64,000 nt of DNA, from assembly GCA_049296775.1 (NCBI GenBank), contig JBAQTB010000001.1, positions 96,992-160,991 on the forward strand. Reading direction: 5' to 3'. Both the position numbers and the translations under genes were made by a program. The stretch's first letter is position 1. Each line of letters opens with the position of its first letter. Source of the stretch: Patescibacteria group bacterium. Lineage in GTDB: Bacteria > Patescibacteriota > Patescibacteriia > UBA9934. Under the pieces are notes generated by a model, which had not been told where the DNA came from, did not search any database, and saw only the letters and a list, made by a program, of their open reading frames with translations. This document shows, one piece after another, positions 9,444-19,478 of this stretch.

Positions 9444-9482
9444 CATCCAACGCTTACACTACTATTAAATCTGATCTGTACC

Positions 9483-9512
9483 AAAAAGCGAGCACGAACG
9501 TGCTCGCTTTTT
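9483..9512. terminator. Bidirectional rho-independent terminator, serving as the 3' end of the giant gene on the minus strand
   Basis: AAAAA GCGAGCACG aa CGTGCTCGC TTTTT: a perfect 9-bp stem flanked by an A-tract and a T-tract. The giant ORF stop codon is at 9520-9522. Confidence 0.65.
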
Positions 9513-9519
9513 GCTGCAA

Positions 9520-12500
9520 TTAATTCACGATCACCGTACCCTGATAATACACCCACGGATCTACCGGACCACCCGGAGCAATCGCGCGATTGTAAGAACA
9601 CTCGGACTGAAGGATCGTGGCATTACTCAATGTGTTATAAGCATCCCCCTCATAACAACCCGGGTCGCCGTCAGCGGTACATGTACCTGTACACCAACCC
9701 CAGTTATCGCGGATGTGGACGGCGGGCTGGAAGACACAAGATTTAGTGTCGCCTTCACCTGGGATCCAACATGGACTGTTAGTCGCTACGCCATTCTTAT
9801 ATTGGCAAGCCTTGGCGGTATCACTGGTGATCTGAGATGAACAGGTATAAGTGTGAGAATAAGAGAAGTAGTTTGGATCACAGCTCTCCGGTGTCTCACC
9901 CCACTCATCACCTTGATCACAGATAGACGTATCCGTAGCACCATCTATACCCCGGTGATTCCTATAGAAGTTATCTGTTGAGTCAGAACCCTGGAAGCCA
10001 TCTAACCTACTCTCTATACCGTCACCCCAATCAATAACAACGCGTCTAATCGGCAATTGATTCTTATCCGCGGCGGCGTAGAACTTCAGGTAAGCGCGCA
10101 AGAAATCTTCACCTTCAACGTTGCCTGAATTTTGATCGTTCAAAGTCAAAGCGTTCTCACTGCCCTCCTCACACAAAGTGCCGACACAGGAACCATTTAA
10201 GATCGACATAACCTTAGGCGGATTCCCCTGCTCCGCCCGGACGTCGAAGACACTTTCATCCACTTTAAAGTTTTCAATGTCACCCTCGTCGTACTTGCGC
10301 TCGTTATCTGGCCACGTCTTATCTTCAGAATTCCAACTGAATTGATTATCCACAATTCCAGGCAAGCTAACGCCGGCAAAAAGCTGGTTGATCGACCCGA
10401 AGACATCATCAAAGAAACCACTAACACCCCAGTTGCTAATTTCCGTACGGTTAGCATGAAGCTGTGCAAAACCGATAAAACTTCTAGCATCAGCCGTAGC
10501 TGGGTTGATACGTGTCAATAATTCATTCGAAGGAATGACTGAGACGCCCGTATCACCGCTACCACCACCGGCTGAATAGTTTGTCCCGCCTAGATATGCA
10601 CAATTATTATATGGCGCTGGACCTCCAGGATGAACCATGCTTTTCGCCGCAGTCTCTTCACAGGCCGCGACAACTAATGGCCACTCATCCTCCAAGGTAC
10701 TTGGATCGATACTGACAAAGCCGTATGGGCCAGGATTTGTACCGTAAACAAAGTCCAAAGTTGGGTCAGCAACAATACCTGGGAATGACGTTTCCTTGTC
10801 AGGACCCAACAACCTGTCCGTCCAAGCGTAATCGACCTTAGTCCCACCGTCAGACACGCGCGTCACTTCCTTACATGCCGCATAGAACTCCGCCTTCATG
10901 TACAAGTCTCGATATACATCTGTTGGTACTTCGATCCCATTAACCACAACGAAACCTCCGCCCTCAGGTGTATCAAACACGGCGGCATCAACAGCTTCAT
11001 TTACTTCAACACCCTTCAAAGTACAGTCGCTAAGTGCCTCTACCAACAAGTCGAAAGATATATAGTGGAACAGAGCATTAGCATCATCGATACCTTTAGC
11101 CATAGCCATGCCCATTATCTCAGCATCATTGGCTAAATTATATTTGAAAGTGAAGTTTAAGATCTGTCCAGATAACGCCTCTAAATCTCCCTCAATATCC
11201 TGGATTAAACCGGCGACATATGCGCTATCCGAATTGCAACTTTCGCCCTCCAAAGAGACCGCATCCTTAGGGATACACACAAATGGACAATCATTTCCAG
11301 CTCCAGTGGTGGCGCAAGCCTGAGACATCGTACCGTCATTTCCCTGTTCTTTATATGATGGCATGCCTAACAAAGCCCAATAACCTTCGGGACACTGAGC
11401 ATTGGCAGCGCACTCTTGTGCGATATCAAACGAATAGGCCTCATCATCCGCAATACCCTCCTGGCCCGACTCAGCACAAGCAATGTCGCCAGAGGAATAT
11501 GGCGCACCGAGTTTAGAATAACCGCTCATCTTGAGGTTCGCCATTGGAGAGACGTATGAACAAGCGAACGTGTCCTCAAAGTAACCGGCTTCGGTGAATT
11601 TGGCGTAGAGGTCGGTGCTGCCGGCGAGTTGGTCAACCGGCAACCAGGTCAAACAGGCGCCTTCGGAACGGTCGCCGTTAATATTGACGCCAGTGTCTCT
11701 TTCCAAACAGTAACCCTCTAAACCAAGGAGCGTATCTTCACGCGTAATCATGGAACACGTACCGTCCTCGCTATCCGTTGCGGTGTTGCATTCGGCATCA
11801 TCCTGACAGGCTGCATTAACTTTCCCGGTGGTACATAAGCCGCTACCACTGGTCACTGCAGACTCCACATCCCAATACCTAATCTGAGCACCCTCACCGT
11901 AGGTCAATTTGCGGTAAGAACATTGACAATCCTCACCTGGGGCACACAAATTAACTTCTTGGAAACCAGCTCTAATCTGATACGGCACGTCATCCTTAGG
12001 GAATTCAACTTGAGTAAAGCCTTCACCTGCCGGCAACGGAGCGCCGTTATTGTCTGGATCAGCCCAACGCTCAACTAGCTCGAAGCTAAACGGAGCGTCG
12101 CTCTCTGGTTGAGCCCGGCAAACTTTACCCTCTGATAGGGCTACATTAAAGGTCTTGCCGTCCGGGGTCAAAATACACTGGTCACGCACACAGCTACCAA
12201 CTTTGAGAGCCGTGTTAGCCACGAATACCTGACCGGCAGCACAAGCGCCGTTAGGGTTACTTCCGAAGGCGTTGAAAGTTTCAATGGTAACTTTACCGCC
12301 CTGTGAAACACACTGGGAACCAGAACAGATCTGATCGGCGGCACAATTGGAATCCGTAGCACACAAGGTACCGGTCTGAACCTGACAGGAACCAGCAATA
12401 CAGCTACCACCTGACAGACCACAATCCGTGGTGGAAGCACAGGCAGAACCGGTGTTCTGACAGTAACCAACCGAACAACTAGAACCGTAACTACCAGAAC

Positions 12501-15500
12501 ATTCGCCAGCAACTAATGCCAAGCGGTAATCCTCAGCATCATCAACTACGCAGTAATTAGCGAACGTGCCACCAATACCACAGTCGTACGCGCTGGTCTC
12601 TTGCTCACACGGGTAGCCGTGCTTGTTTTGATAATGATCCTCCGTAATCAGGCCGCTGGCATACGCGTCACTCAAATCACATGATCCTGGTGGCGGAGAC
12701 ACGTTCGCTTGTTCCAAAGTTTGCACGGGGAAAATGTCAGGAATAGCGTAACCAGAATATTCCTGTCCGTACCAAGACACGTCTCTAGAGGTATACACGC
12801 CTGCATCTAAAATAACTTCAGACGCATCCTCTTTCCAGGCTGAACAGAAAGTACTGCCACCAGAAGAGGAGTATTTAGTACACAACTGAATATCGGTACA
12901 CACAGTCTTCCAGCTATTCGTCCGCTGATCCCAGCTAGCCATGTCCTCAGCACAACTCAACCACTCAGAACACTGGCGATCACGGTTAACTTTGAGAACG
13001 GTATTGGTGTCATTCTCTAATCTTGGTACGGCCACGGCCTGAGCTCCACCCGGCGCCGCAGGTGAAGTCGCCCTAGCCCTGGTATTACAGTCAAAGGCGG
13101 CAATTTCGTCACCGGACTGGCTGCGCATGGTGCCACAATCTGACACGTCGTAGCAGGAGGTACCGGTTAAGTAGAGATCGTCATAATTCTTAGGAACTCC
13201 CAAACCACCAAGTGACAGTTTAATGTTTCTTGGCACTCCGTCTGCAATATCCCGCACCATGCCTTTGTCATAGAGACAACGCTGTGCACACAGATCAACC
13301 TGAGTGCCATCCGCCAAAGTCAGCCTAGAATTACCGCCTTCACAATCAATCGGCTCAACCAAGGCAAACGGCTGCGTGCCTAGCAAAACATCAGCATGCG
13401 TACTTAAGACCTCTGAAGCACTGGCATTATATTTTTGAGCTGGCTCAGAAGTGTCGTTAAACAGGACGCAACCTTCCTTGAGAGAAGCTCTGCCGTCACA
13501 ACGCTGACTGTCTGGCAAGACATTCTCGTCCAAATTATCGTTATTCAAGTAGAAATACTGCTTACCAGAAGACAGCTGATAACGTTCATCCGTTTCCAAG
13601 TCCAATGGATCCTGGAATTCAGAACAAGAGTTGTAATTACTTGGACACTCGCCTACCCAACCGCCGTACTGGTCATCACCATTGCGCCATACACCGGACA
13701 ACGTGCCACCAATCACATAAGAAGGATCCGTGGTGTTACAGCTACCAGCGCCACATTGCGCATCTGAAGAACAAGACGTCACGCCGTCAGTACACGTGCC
13801 GTAACAGAACTCATCTGTACCCGCCCTGAACCAACCGTCATATTCTGCGCCGTTGATCAAAACATCAGTCCGGTAGCCACAAGTTTGGTTGACTGGGTCT
13901 TTAAAGAAGAAAGTGCCATCATCTTGAGTATCCCACGCCGCACAGAACAGTTCACCGGCATTACACAAAGTCTGAGCGTATTGATCGGGGTCGTTCATTA
14001 AGAATACTGATTCAGCGGCAAGAGTGCTATTTCTGTCCTGGCTCCATTCTGGTTTACCTACCTCTGTACAACCAGCGTATGCAGAACTACACGTCACACT
14101 CTCATCTACCACCAAGAACACATCACTATCCGCTGGAACAACTACGGTCTCTGGTCCGTAAGTAATGTGAGATGGCAAGATATTAGGATTTTGGTACCAG
14201 TCAATATCAAAGTTACACGCCGTTTGGCCAACGCCAATGGTACACAGATACTGACTAGTGAGGTCAAAACCACCAGCTCCGTCACGCTTGTAGTAGCAAG
14301 AAGCTGGAGAGGTCACTGCTGCCCCACCCGGGTTACTACACGTAGCTTGATACACCTCAGCAAAAGGTGATGAGCTCTCATGGGTCATGAAGAAATCTTC
14401 ACAACCAACTTTATCGCTAGAACACAAACTGCTGAATGATTTTAAGTAAGCAATCTGATTGTCTTGAGTGTTGTATTCCTGACAACCCAGGTAATACTGC
14501 GGAGAAGCTGCGCCTGTAGGAGCCTGATCACAAGCCGCTGGAGTCACCCAAGAATCTTTAATGAGGGTAATGTCGTCCTCACCTTCACGTAACGTAATGT
14601 TGTCAATGTAAGCTAAACTAGTTGGGTCAAAAACTAACGTAGTCGCTGGGCCAAAGTTTGCGTAACCCTCTCTAGTCATGTTGAGTGGCCCCAAACTGAA
14701 CTGCTGCCAACCGCTGGTTAGTTTGACCGTGCCAAAGGCGACATCAGCCACTGACGATCCTGGCACAGCGGCAAGGTCAAAAGCGGCCGTCAGATCCCCC
14801 GTACCTTTAGCCCAGAAAGACAAAGTGTAAGTCTTGCCCTGGAAAAGTTGATTTTCCAAGGTGCCACAGTAAGTATTGCCCTCAATGACTACACAGTTGC
14901 CGCCAAAACTCTGAGCTGTACCGCTACAACCACCCGGCGTGGCACAAACAGAGCCATTATCAAAGATAAAGGTTGAGAATTGGTTCGTAGCTGCAATCGA
15001 ATGACCACCCGTGGCCAGAGATTCATTACTCAAAGTCACGTCTGCAGCACTAGCGGCGTCCCAATTGTTCAAATCGCCGCCCTCCAACGTGTCTTCAAAG
15101 GCAATACGGCTGTTTCTACTTCTACCACCTGTGTATGACCTACAACCGTTAGCTGAATCTGGACACTCCACACTCTCCTCGCTGTAACCGTTGTAGCGAC
15201 AGGTTCCAGTTAGGTCATCAAAATACCCACCGGAGTTTTGACAGTTAGCAGCTTGCGCAAAAGCATCCGTACCCACCAGTTCGGTTTTGCGGTAAGCGCT
15301 ACATGCAGCGTTCACAGACACGGTCTTGGACCACAATCTGTAATGAATTCCACCGCTCGTGTCATAGAACTCTCGGCAGTCTGGGTTAGAGAAAATATCC
15401 TCATGTTCATTACAAGCAGCCGTATCCCAATCCTTCTTAAGATCGCCGTCACTATCTAGCTCATCAGAACATACGATCCCGTCAGCGGTAGCGCTCCAGA

Positions 15501-18500
15501 CTGAACACGGTGCCAAACTTGGGGTGCTATCGATTCCGCCCGCCATATAAGTGTACGGGGTGCTGGCCATGTTTGATTCCAACAAACTCCAAGTTTTTAG
15601 CTGGTAACCCTCCAAATCAGAGCCTTCCCACGTGTAGAAAGTGGCCTGATTATCCCCGTTGGTATTGATAGCGGCCTGAGTTGGGGTGACGCAGGCTCGG
15701 AGATAAGTGTAGTACTCCAAAGCCTCCGTGCTCAAGTTAGTAAACTCATCACAGCCCACGTATTCCTGTGAACAAGACTCACCCGTGGTCGGAATGAAGT
15801 AAACCGGGAAAGTGCCAGCTGGCTCATACAAAGTTGCCTCTTGCTTGAAAGTATCGTAACCGACACAAATAGCTGGACAGGCGTCTAACTCTGACGCCAC
15901 ACCGGTGACAGTTGGATCACCGTTAGTTGGCGTGTAAGCCGTACAGCCAACTTCATTCTCACTACACACCTGCGCATAATTAGCACACTCAGCTGGATCA
16001 GCAGCGTTACCCTGACAACCCAAGTAACTTGGTGGCACCTTCACACTGACGCTGCTCAACTGACTAGTTGAGTAGCCTTCATGATAATCAGTCGCACCCT
16101 CACCCTGCTCTAACTGAATATCGTCAAAGAAAACGTTGCCGGACAAGGTCAAAGTTGCCATGACCGTGGCGGCTGGATCACGCAAAATTGGTGACGTGAA
16201 GGTACAAGCAAAGCTCTCATACTCGGTACCAGTTGGCGTACCGCTCGTCTCAAAAACATCCGCTAAGCCGTTACCATTAGTGACATTGCCACTGTTGGCG
16301 ATTACACAAGTAGTGTTGGCATCAGCAAAGAAGCTCGTGCCGTTCAGGTTAATATCATTCCCAGTTTCAAGGGCTAGAAACTCCAAAGCCAAGGTACCGG
16401 TGGAATTACTACCGACTCCTTTAATCTCTGTCTTTTGGCGGGCGTAAAACGAAACCGTGTAAAAACGTCCCTGAGCCAGGGCGATACCTGGCTGAATCAG
16501 TTCGCCGTTCAAACTTGGATCAATAGCATCAGAACCTGATCGGGCTGAATTGTCAGAATTAACTGCCGCACCAACTCCACCGCGCTGCCAAGCGTCAGGC
16601 ACGGTGTCATTGTTCTGATCATCTTCAAAAGACGAGTTCTGCACTACGTTTAAACTAATCCCCGGGTTACGGGCATACAACTCAGCACAGCCACCATTTT
16701 CAGCCGAACAATCCTCTACCGCGCTAGTAAAGTAAATGCGGGAAGTGTAAGCATCCGGCGCAGCATCTGCTACAGCCACATCTGCCACGGGCTGCCAATC
16801 ATAAGTGCCGTCACCCTCTGGATCCGCCTTAACGGTGTCGTACCACAAACAACCAGCGTTATCCGCAGTACAGCCCGCAAAGTCGACAGTATTTTGCAAG
16901 TAAGACGCGGTCTTATCTTCTCCCTCAAACGTCAGACAAGAAGCGTATTCAGCTGGACAAGACTCCCCTCTAAAGCGCCAGGTATTTTCTTCTTGCACAC
17001 AGTAACCGTAACCACCGGTACAGGTACCGTCATCATTTTCTGCAATACAGCTAGGCATGTCTACACACTCGTTTTGACGCTCAGCAATATCTGAGGCCAC
17101 TAATAGCTGCCCGCTCACCAAGGCTTTACACTGAGTTTCTGGGTATTTAATTACCCAATTTGGGTCAATGAGCTTACACCACGGATGCGTAGCATCAATT
17201 TCACCGGCCGTATTACAGTCATCAAAACCGTCCACTACCTCCTGCAAAGTCACGGCATCTGTCACGGAGTTGTATTGCGATTCAGCCGCCAACTCCCAAC
17301 CAATCGAGATAATTCTAGCCTTGCGCAATTTCACCAAGTTAGTCTGACAAAAACCGTAGGTATAGCAGAAAGGGTCCTGGTTTCTAGCCAAATCTGCAGC
17401 TGGAATAAGCGGCCAACTGCCGCTAATCAAATTCTGCTCCAAGGCTTCTGCCACGGTTAACGGTGCCCCAGCCTCCGCCCGACCGACAGCAGAGATAAAG
17501 GAATTATTCGCGACACAGTTATATAAACCTCTTGGCACTCCAGAAGGACAAGAGCCGAATTCACTCAAGATGCTGTAATTAGAAATTTCCAACGGCGCCA
17601 CAGTGATAAGTGACCTGAACTGATCTCTAGCCGTGTCTGAATTACTCCTAGCAATGGAATCCAAGCTAGCAAAAGGGTCGCTAATCTCGCTATCAATCTT
17701 AAAGAGGCCCTCACCAAGTTTTTTAGTTAAACTAGACAACAAAGTATTCGTAAAGACAGAGCCTGCGTGGATACCCACTTGGAGCAAAGCGCGCTCTGAC
17801 TGCATCAACGCCAAGGTAGTTTCTGTCCTAACCGTACCTGGTCCTTCTAGGTCCACAAGGAGTTTATGCTCTATAAGTGAGGCTGGGGTTTCGATCTGAC
17901 CGGTAATAAAGTCTGTGACAGACTGCGTACCGCCATCTTTAATATGCACCTGGGCCCTCAAAAATGACTCCTGCAGAGCATTATTCAAAATGCTAGACTG
18001 CAACTCAATACCCACCGCAAATTCACTTTGATCTGGCTCAAAAGCGTTAGCTAGCTGAGCTAGAACCAACTTATTTTTGTTATCTGCAGTCCCTTCATCC
18101 TGAATATCTGCCAAAAAACCATTCCAATTACTACTAATAGCTTTAAAATCACACTTAGGCACCGGACGCTCAAAGGCGGCCTTCACACCCAAACTAAGCG
18201 CGATAGTGATATCTGCCCTGGGTTGACAGAGGTTGAAACCGGAAAAAATCGCACCCAAAGCACCACCACCAGCCTCCAAATTATCTTGCAATAAACCCAG
18301 AGACTCACCCGCCACCGCCGCCCCATATTCCTTAAAGTAACGCTCAATTGGCGTGCCATCATACAGCGGCGTCTCCGCTGGACCACCCGAAGCCACCATC
18401 ACCGCCGTATCATACGCCAATCTATCCGCTGCAAACGTCATTAAATTGATCAAATACACCATGATCGTACCAGCCAAACTATCCTTGATCTTTTCACCAG

Positions 18501-18669
18501 CGCTATTAATGCCCGCCCAGGCTTCAAAAGCTGGATAAGTGGTAATGGCAGTTGCAGGAGCCTGAGCACTAGCGAAGCGGGGGGATGAAGCACTAAAGAA
18601 AACTATACCAACCAGCAAGAGTGGCAATAGTTTGCGAGCTGAGTTCTTCAACCTGAACATGTAGCGCAT
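9520..18669 (-). CDS. Giant secreted cysteine-rich surface protein (3049 aa) with two CBM4_9-like carbohydrate-binding jelly-roll modules and a C-terminal PKD-like module
   Basis: Signal peptide MRYMFRLKNSARKLLPLLLVGIVFFSASSPRFASAQA. Hundreds of Cys in CxxxxC / GxC repeats, for example GSCIAGSCQVQTGTLCATDSNCAADQICSGSQC. CBM4_9-like signatures GRFYTVSFYARQK and GKTYTLSFWAKGTG sit in roughly 200-aa modules. The PKD-like signature VVIDWGDG...YSHTYTC is near the C-terminus. No LPxTG sorting signal. Confidence 0.75.
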   Translation of the reverse strand: MRYMFRLKNSARKLLPLLLVGIVFFSASSPRFASAQAPATAITTYPAFEAWAGINSAGEKIKDSLAGTIMVYLINLMTFAADRLAYDTAVMVASGGPAETPLYDGTPIERYFKEYGAAVAGESLGLLQDNLEAGGGALGAIFSGFNLCQPRADITIALSLGVKAAFERPVPKCDFKAISSNWNGFLADIQDEGTADNKNKLVLAQLANAFEPDQSEFAVGIELQSSILNNALQESFLRAQVHIKDGGTQSVTDFITGQIETPASLIEHKLLVDLEGPGTVRTETTLALMQSERALLQVGIHAGSVFTNTLLSSLTKKLGEGLFKIDSEISDPFASLDSIARSNSDTARDQFRSLITVAPLEISNYSILSEFGSCPSGVPRGLYNCVANNSFISAVGRAEAGAPLTVAEALEQNLISGSWPLIPAADLARNQDPFCYTYGFCQTNLVKLRKARIISIGWELAAESQYNSVTDAVTLQEVVDGFDDCNTAGEIDATHPWCKLIDPNWVIKYPETQCKALVSGQLLVASDIAERQNECVDMPSCIAENDDGTCTGGYGYCVQEENTWRFRGESCPAEYASCLTFEGEDKTASYLQNTVDFAGCTADNAGCLWYDTVKADPEGDGTYDWQPVADVAVADAAPDAYTSRIYFTSAVEDCSAENGGCAELYARNPGISLNVVQNSSFEDDQNNDTVPDAWQRGGVGAAVNSDNSARSGSDAIDPSLNGELIQPGIALAQGRFYTVSFYARQKTEIKGVGSNSTGTLALEFLALETGNDINLNGTSFFADANTTCVIANSGNVTNGNGLADVFETSGTPTGTEYESFACTFTSPILRDPAATVMATLTLSGNVFFDDIQLEQGEGATDYHEGYSTSQLSSVSVKVPPSYLGCQGNAADPAECANYAQVCSENEVGCTAYTPTNGDPTVTGVASELDACPAICVGYDTFKQEATLYEPAGTFPVYFIPTTGESCSQEYVGCDEFTNLSTEALEYYTYLRACVTPTQAAINTNGDNQATFYTWEGSDLEGYQLKTWSLLESNMASTPYTYMAGGIDSTPSLAPCSVWSATADGIVCSDELDSDGDLKKDWDTAACNEHEDIFSNPDCREFYDTSGGIHYRLWSKTVSVNAACSAYRKTELVGTDAFAQAANCQNSGGYFDDLTGTCRYNGYSEESVECPDSANGCRSYTGGRSRNSRIAFEDTLEGGDLNNWDAASAADVTLSNESLATGGHSIAATNQFSTFIFDNGSVCATPGGCSGTAQSFGGNCVVIEGNTYCGTLENQLFQGKTYTLSFWAKGTGDLTAAFDLAAVPGSSVADVAFGTVKLTSGWQQFSLGPLNMTREGYANFGPATTLVFDPTSLAYIDNITLREGEDDITLIKDSWVTPAACDQAPTGAASPQYYLGCQEYNTQDNQIAYLKSFSSLCSSDKVGCEDFFMTHESSSPFAEVYQATCSNPGGAAVTSPASCYYKRDGAGGFDLTSQYLCTIGVGQTACNFDIDWYQNPNILPSHITYGPETVVVPADSDVFLVVDESVTCSSAYAGCTEVGKPEWSQDRNSTLAAESVFLMNDPDQYAQTLCNAGELFCAAWDTQDDGTFFFKDPVNQTCGYRTDVLINGAEYDGWFRAGTDEFCYGTCTDGVTSCSSDAQCGAGSCNTTDPSYVIGGTLSGVWRNGDDQYGGWVGECPSNYNSCSEFQDPLDLETDERYQLSSGKQYFYLNNDNLDENVLPDSQRCDGRASLKEGCVLFNDTSEPAQKYNASASEVLSTHADVLLGTQPFALVEPIDCEGGNSRLTLADGTQVDLCAQRCLYDKGMVRDIADGVPRNIKLSLGGLGVPKNYDDLYLTGTSCYDVSDCGTMRSQSGDEIAAFDCNTRARATSPAAPGGAQAVAVPRLENDTNTVLKVNRDRQCSEWLSCAEDMASWDQRTNSWKTVCTDIQLCTKYSSSGGSTFCSAWKEDASEVILDAGVYTSRDVSWYGQEYSGYAIPDIFPVQTLEQANVSPPPGSCDLSDAYASGLITEDHYQNKHGYPCEQETSAYDCGIGGTFANYCVVDDAEDYRLALVAGECSGSYGSSCSVGYCQNTGSACASTTDCGLSGGSCIAGSCQVQTGTLCATDSNCAADQICSGSQCVSQGGKVTIETFNAFGSNPNGACAAGQVFVANTALKVGSCVRDQCILTPDGKTFNVALSEGKVCRAQPESDAPFSFELVERWADPDNNGAPLPAGEGFTQVEFPKDDVPYQIRAGFQEVNLCAPGEDCQCSYRKLTYGEGAQIRYWDVESAVTSGSGLCTTGKVNAACQDDAECNTATDSEDGTCSMITREDTLLGLEGYCLERDTGVNINGDRSEGACLTWLPVDQLAGSTDLYAKFTEAGYFEDTFACSYVSPMANLKMSGYSKLGAPYSSGDIACAESGQEGIADDEAYSFDIAQECAANAQCPEGYWALLGMPSYKEQGNDGTMSQACATTGAGNDCPFVCIPKDAVSLEGESCNSDSAYVAGLIQDIEGDLEALSGQILNFTFKYNLANDAEIMGMAMAKGIDDANALFHYISFDLLVEALSDCTLKGVEVNEAVDAAVFDTPEGGGFVVVNGIEVPTDVYRDLYMKAEFYAACKEVTRVSDGGTKVDYAWTDRLLGPDKETSFPGIVADPTLDFVYGTNPGPYGFVSIDPSTLEDEWPLVVAACEETAAKSMVHPGGPAPYNNCAYLGGTNYSAGGGSGDTGVSVIPSNELLTRINPATADARSFIGFAQLHANRTEISNWGVSGFFDDVFGSINQLFAGVSLPGIVDNQFSWNSEDKTWPDNERKYDEGDIENFKVDESVFDVRAEQGNPPKVMSILNGSCVGTLCEEGSENALTLNDQNSGNVEGEDFLRAYLKFYAAADKNQLPIRRVVIDWGDGIESRLDGFQGSDSTDNFYRNHRGIDGATDTSICDQGDEWGETPESCDPNYFSYSHTYTCSSQITSDTAKACQYKNGVATNSPCWIPGEGDTKSCVFQPAVHIRDNWGWCTGTCTADGDPGCYEGDAYNTLSNATILQSECSYNRAIAPGGPVDPWVYYQGTVIVN

Positions 18670-18672
18670 AAC

Positions 18673-19350
18673 TTAAGGCGTTGAATCGCCAAGCAATTCC
18701 GGCGGGATTAGTTTCTGAATCTCTCCTTGCTGTTCCAATTGCGATAAAATCTGCTTGTACATGGCACTAACATCTTCATCTGACAAAGCCTCGACCTCAG
18801 CCGGATCAGCCCCGGATTCAAGCATCATTTGCCTGATTTCAGCTGGCTGTAAACTGTAGAGTTCTGTCAGTGCTTCCACTAAAACTTGTTGCCGCTCCTC
18901 TAAAGATGCGCCTTCTGCCTCCAAAGCAGCCGACGGACTAGAGGCCTGAATATCCTCATTAGCTACAGACGCGCAGTCTGAGCCCGTGATGCAATTAGGA
19001 TCCTGGCCAGCGGAGATTTCAGCGCCGTCTGTAATGCCATCGGAATCTGAATCCGCCAGATACGGACTAGTCTTGTAGATATACAACTCATCGTAATCGC
19101 TAACAGTGTCCGCATCTGTATCCGCACGACGCTGCTCCGCCATGGCGGCCGCCTCTTCCTCAGCACCGGTCAGAAAACGTGGACCCGTGTAGTTAATCGC
19201 AAACGGCTCAGCCATGTGAGTCCACAAATACTGTCCGCCCAAAACTAAAGCCAAAAATCCACACACAATCACAAAGACAAACCCGGCCTTTTGTTCCCGA
19301 GAAAGTTTTGTACCCGCCTCTGTATGTAGCACTTGGCGGCTATCGTCCAT
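18673..19350 (-). CDS. Membrane-anchored acidic protein with two thrombospondin-type-3-like Ca-binding motifs, co-transcribed with the giant protein
   Basis: One TM helix, GFVFVIVCGFLALVLGGQYLW. Motifs DTDADTVSDYDE and DSDSDGITDGAE (DxDxDGxxDxxD/E). Its stop is 3 nt before the giant-gene ATG. Confidence 0.5.
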   Translation of the reverse strand: MDDSRQVLHTEAGTKLSREQKAGFVFVIVCGFLALVLGGQYLWTHMAEPFAINYTGPRFLTGAEEEAAAMAEQRRADTDADTVSDYDELYIYKTSPYLADSDSDGITDGAEISAGQDPNCITGSDCASVANEDIQASSPSAALEAEGASLEERQQVLVEALTELYSLQPAEIRQMMLESGADPAEVEALSDEDVSAMYKQILSQLEQQGEIQKLIPPELLGDSTP

Positions 19351-19361
19351 AGACTACAAAA

Positions 19362-19370
19362 ATTATACCA
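19362..19370 (-). promoter_or_regulatory. Extended -10 promoter (TGgTATAAT) driving the membrane-protein plus giant-protein operon
   Basis: The minus strand reads CGTGGTATAATTTTTGTAGTCTATGG, with the ATG 13 nt downstream of TATAAT. No good -35 is present, consistent with an extended -10 promoter. Confidence 0.5.
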
Positions 19371-19478
19371 CGGACAATGGACTGGAGATTAAAGAGGAAA
19401 GAGGAAGGATTAAAGATTAAAGTTGTGAAAATCGAAAACTGACCATCCTGAGGTTACGAAGGATCAAAATTTTAAAAT

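Noticed and set aside
10197-18538. Numerous 60-115-aa ORFs on both strands inside the giant gene (for example 12168..12512, 13435..13767 and 16136..16447)
   Set aside because: They are shadow ORFs within a 9-kb coding region that has a clear long open frame. Their low-complexity translations are typical of antisense frames.
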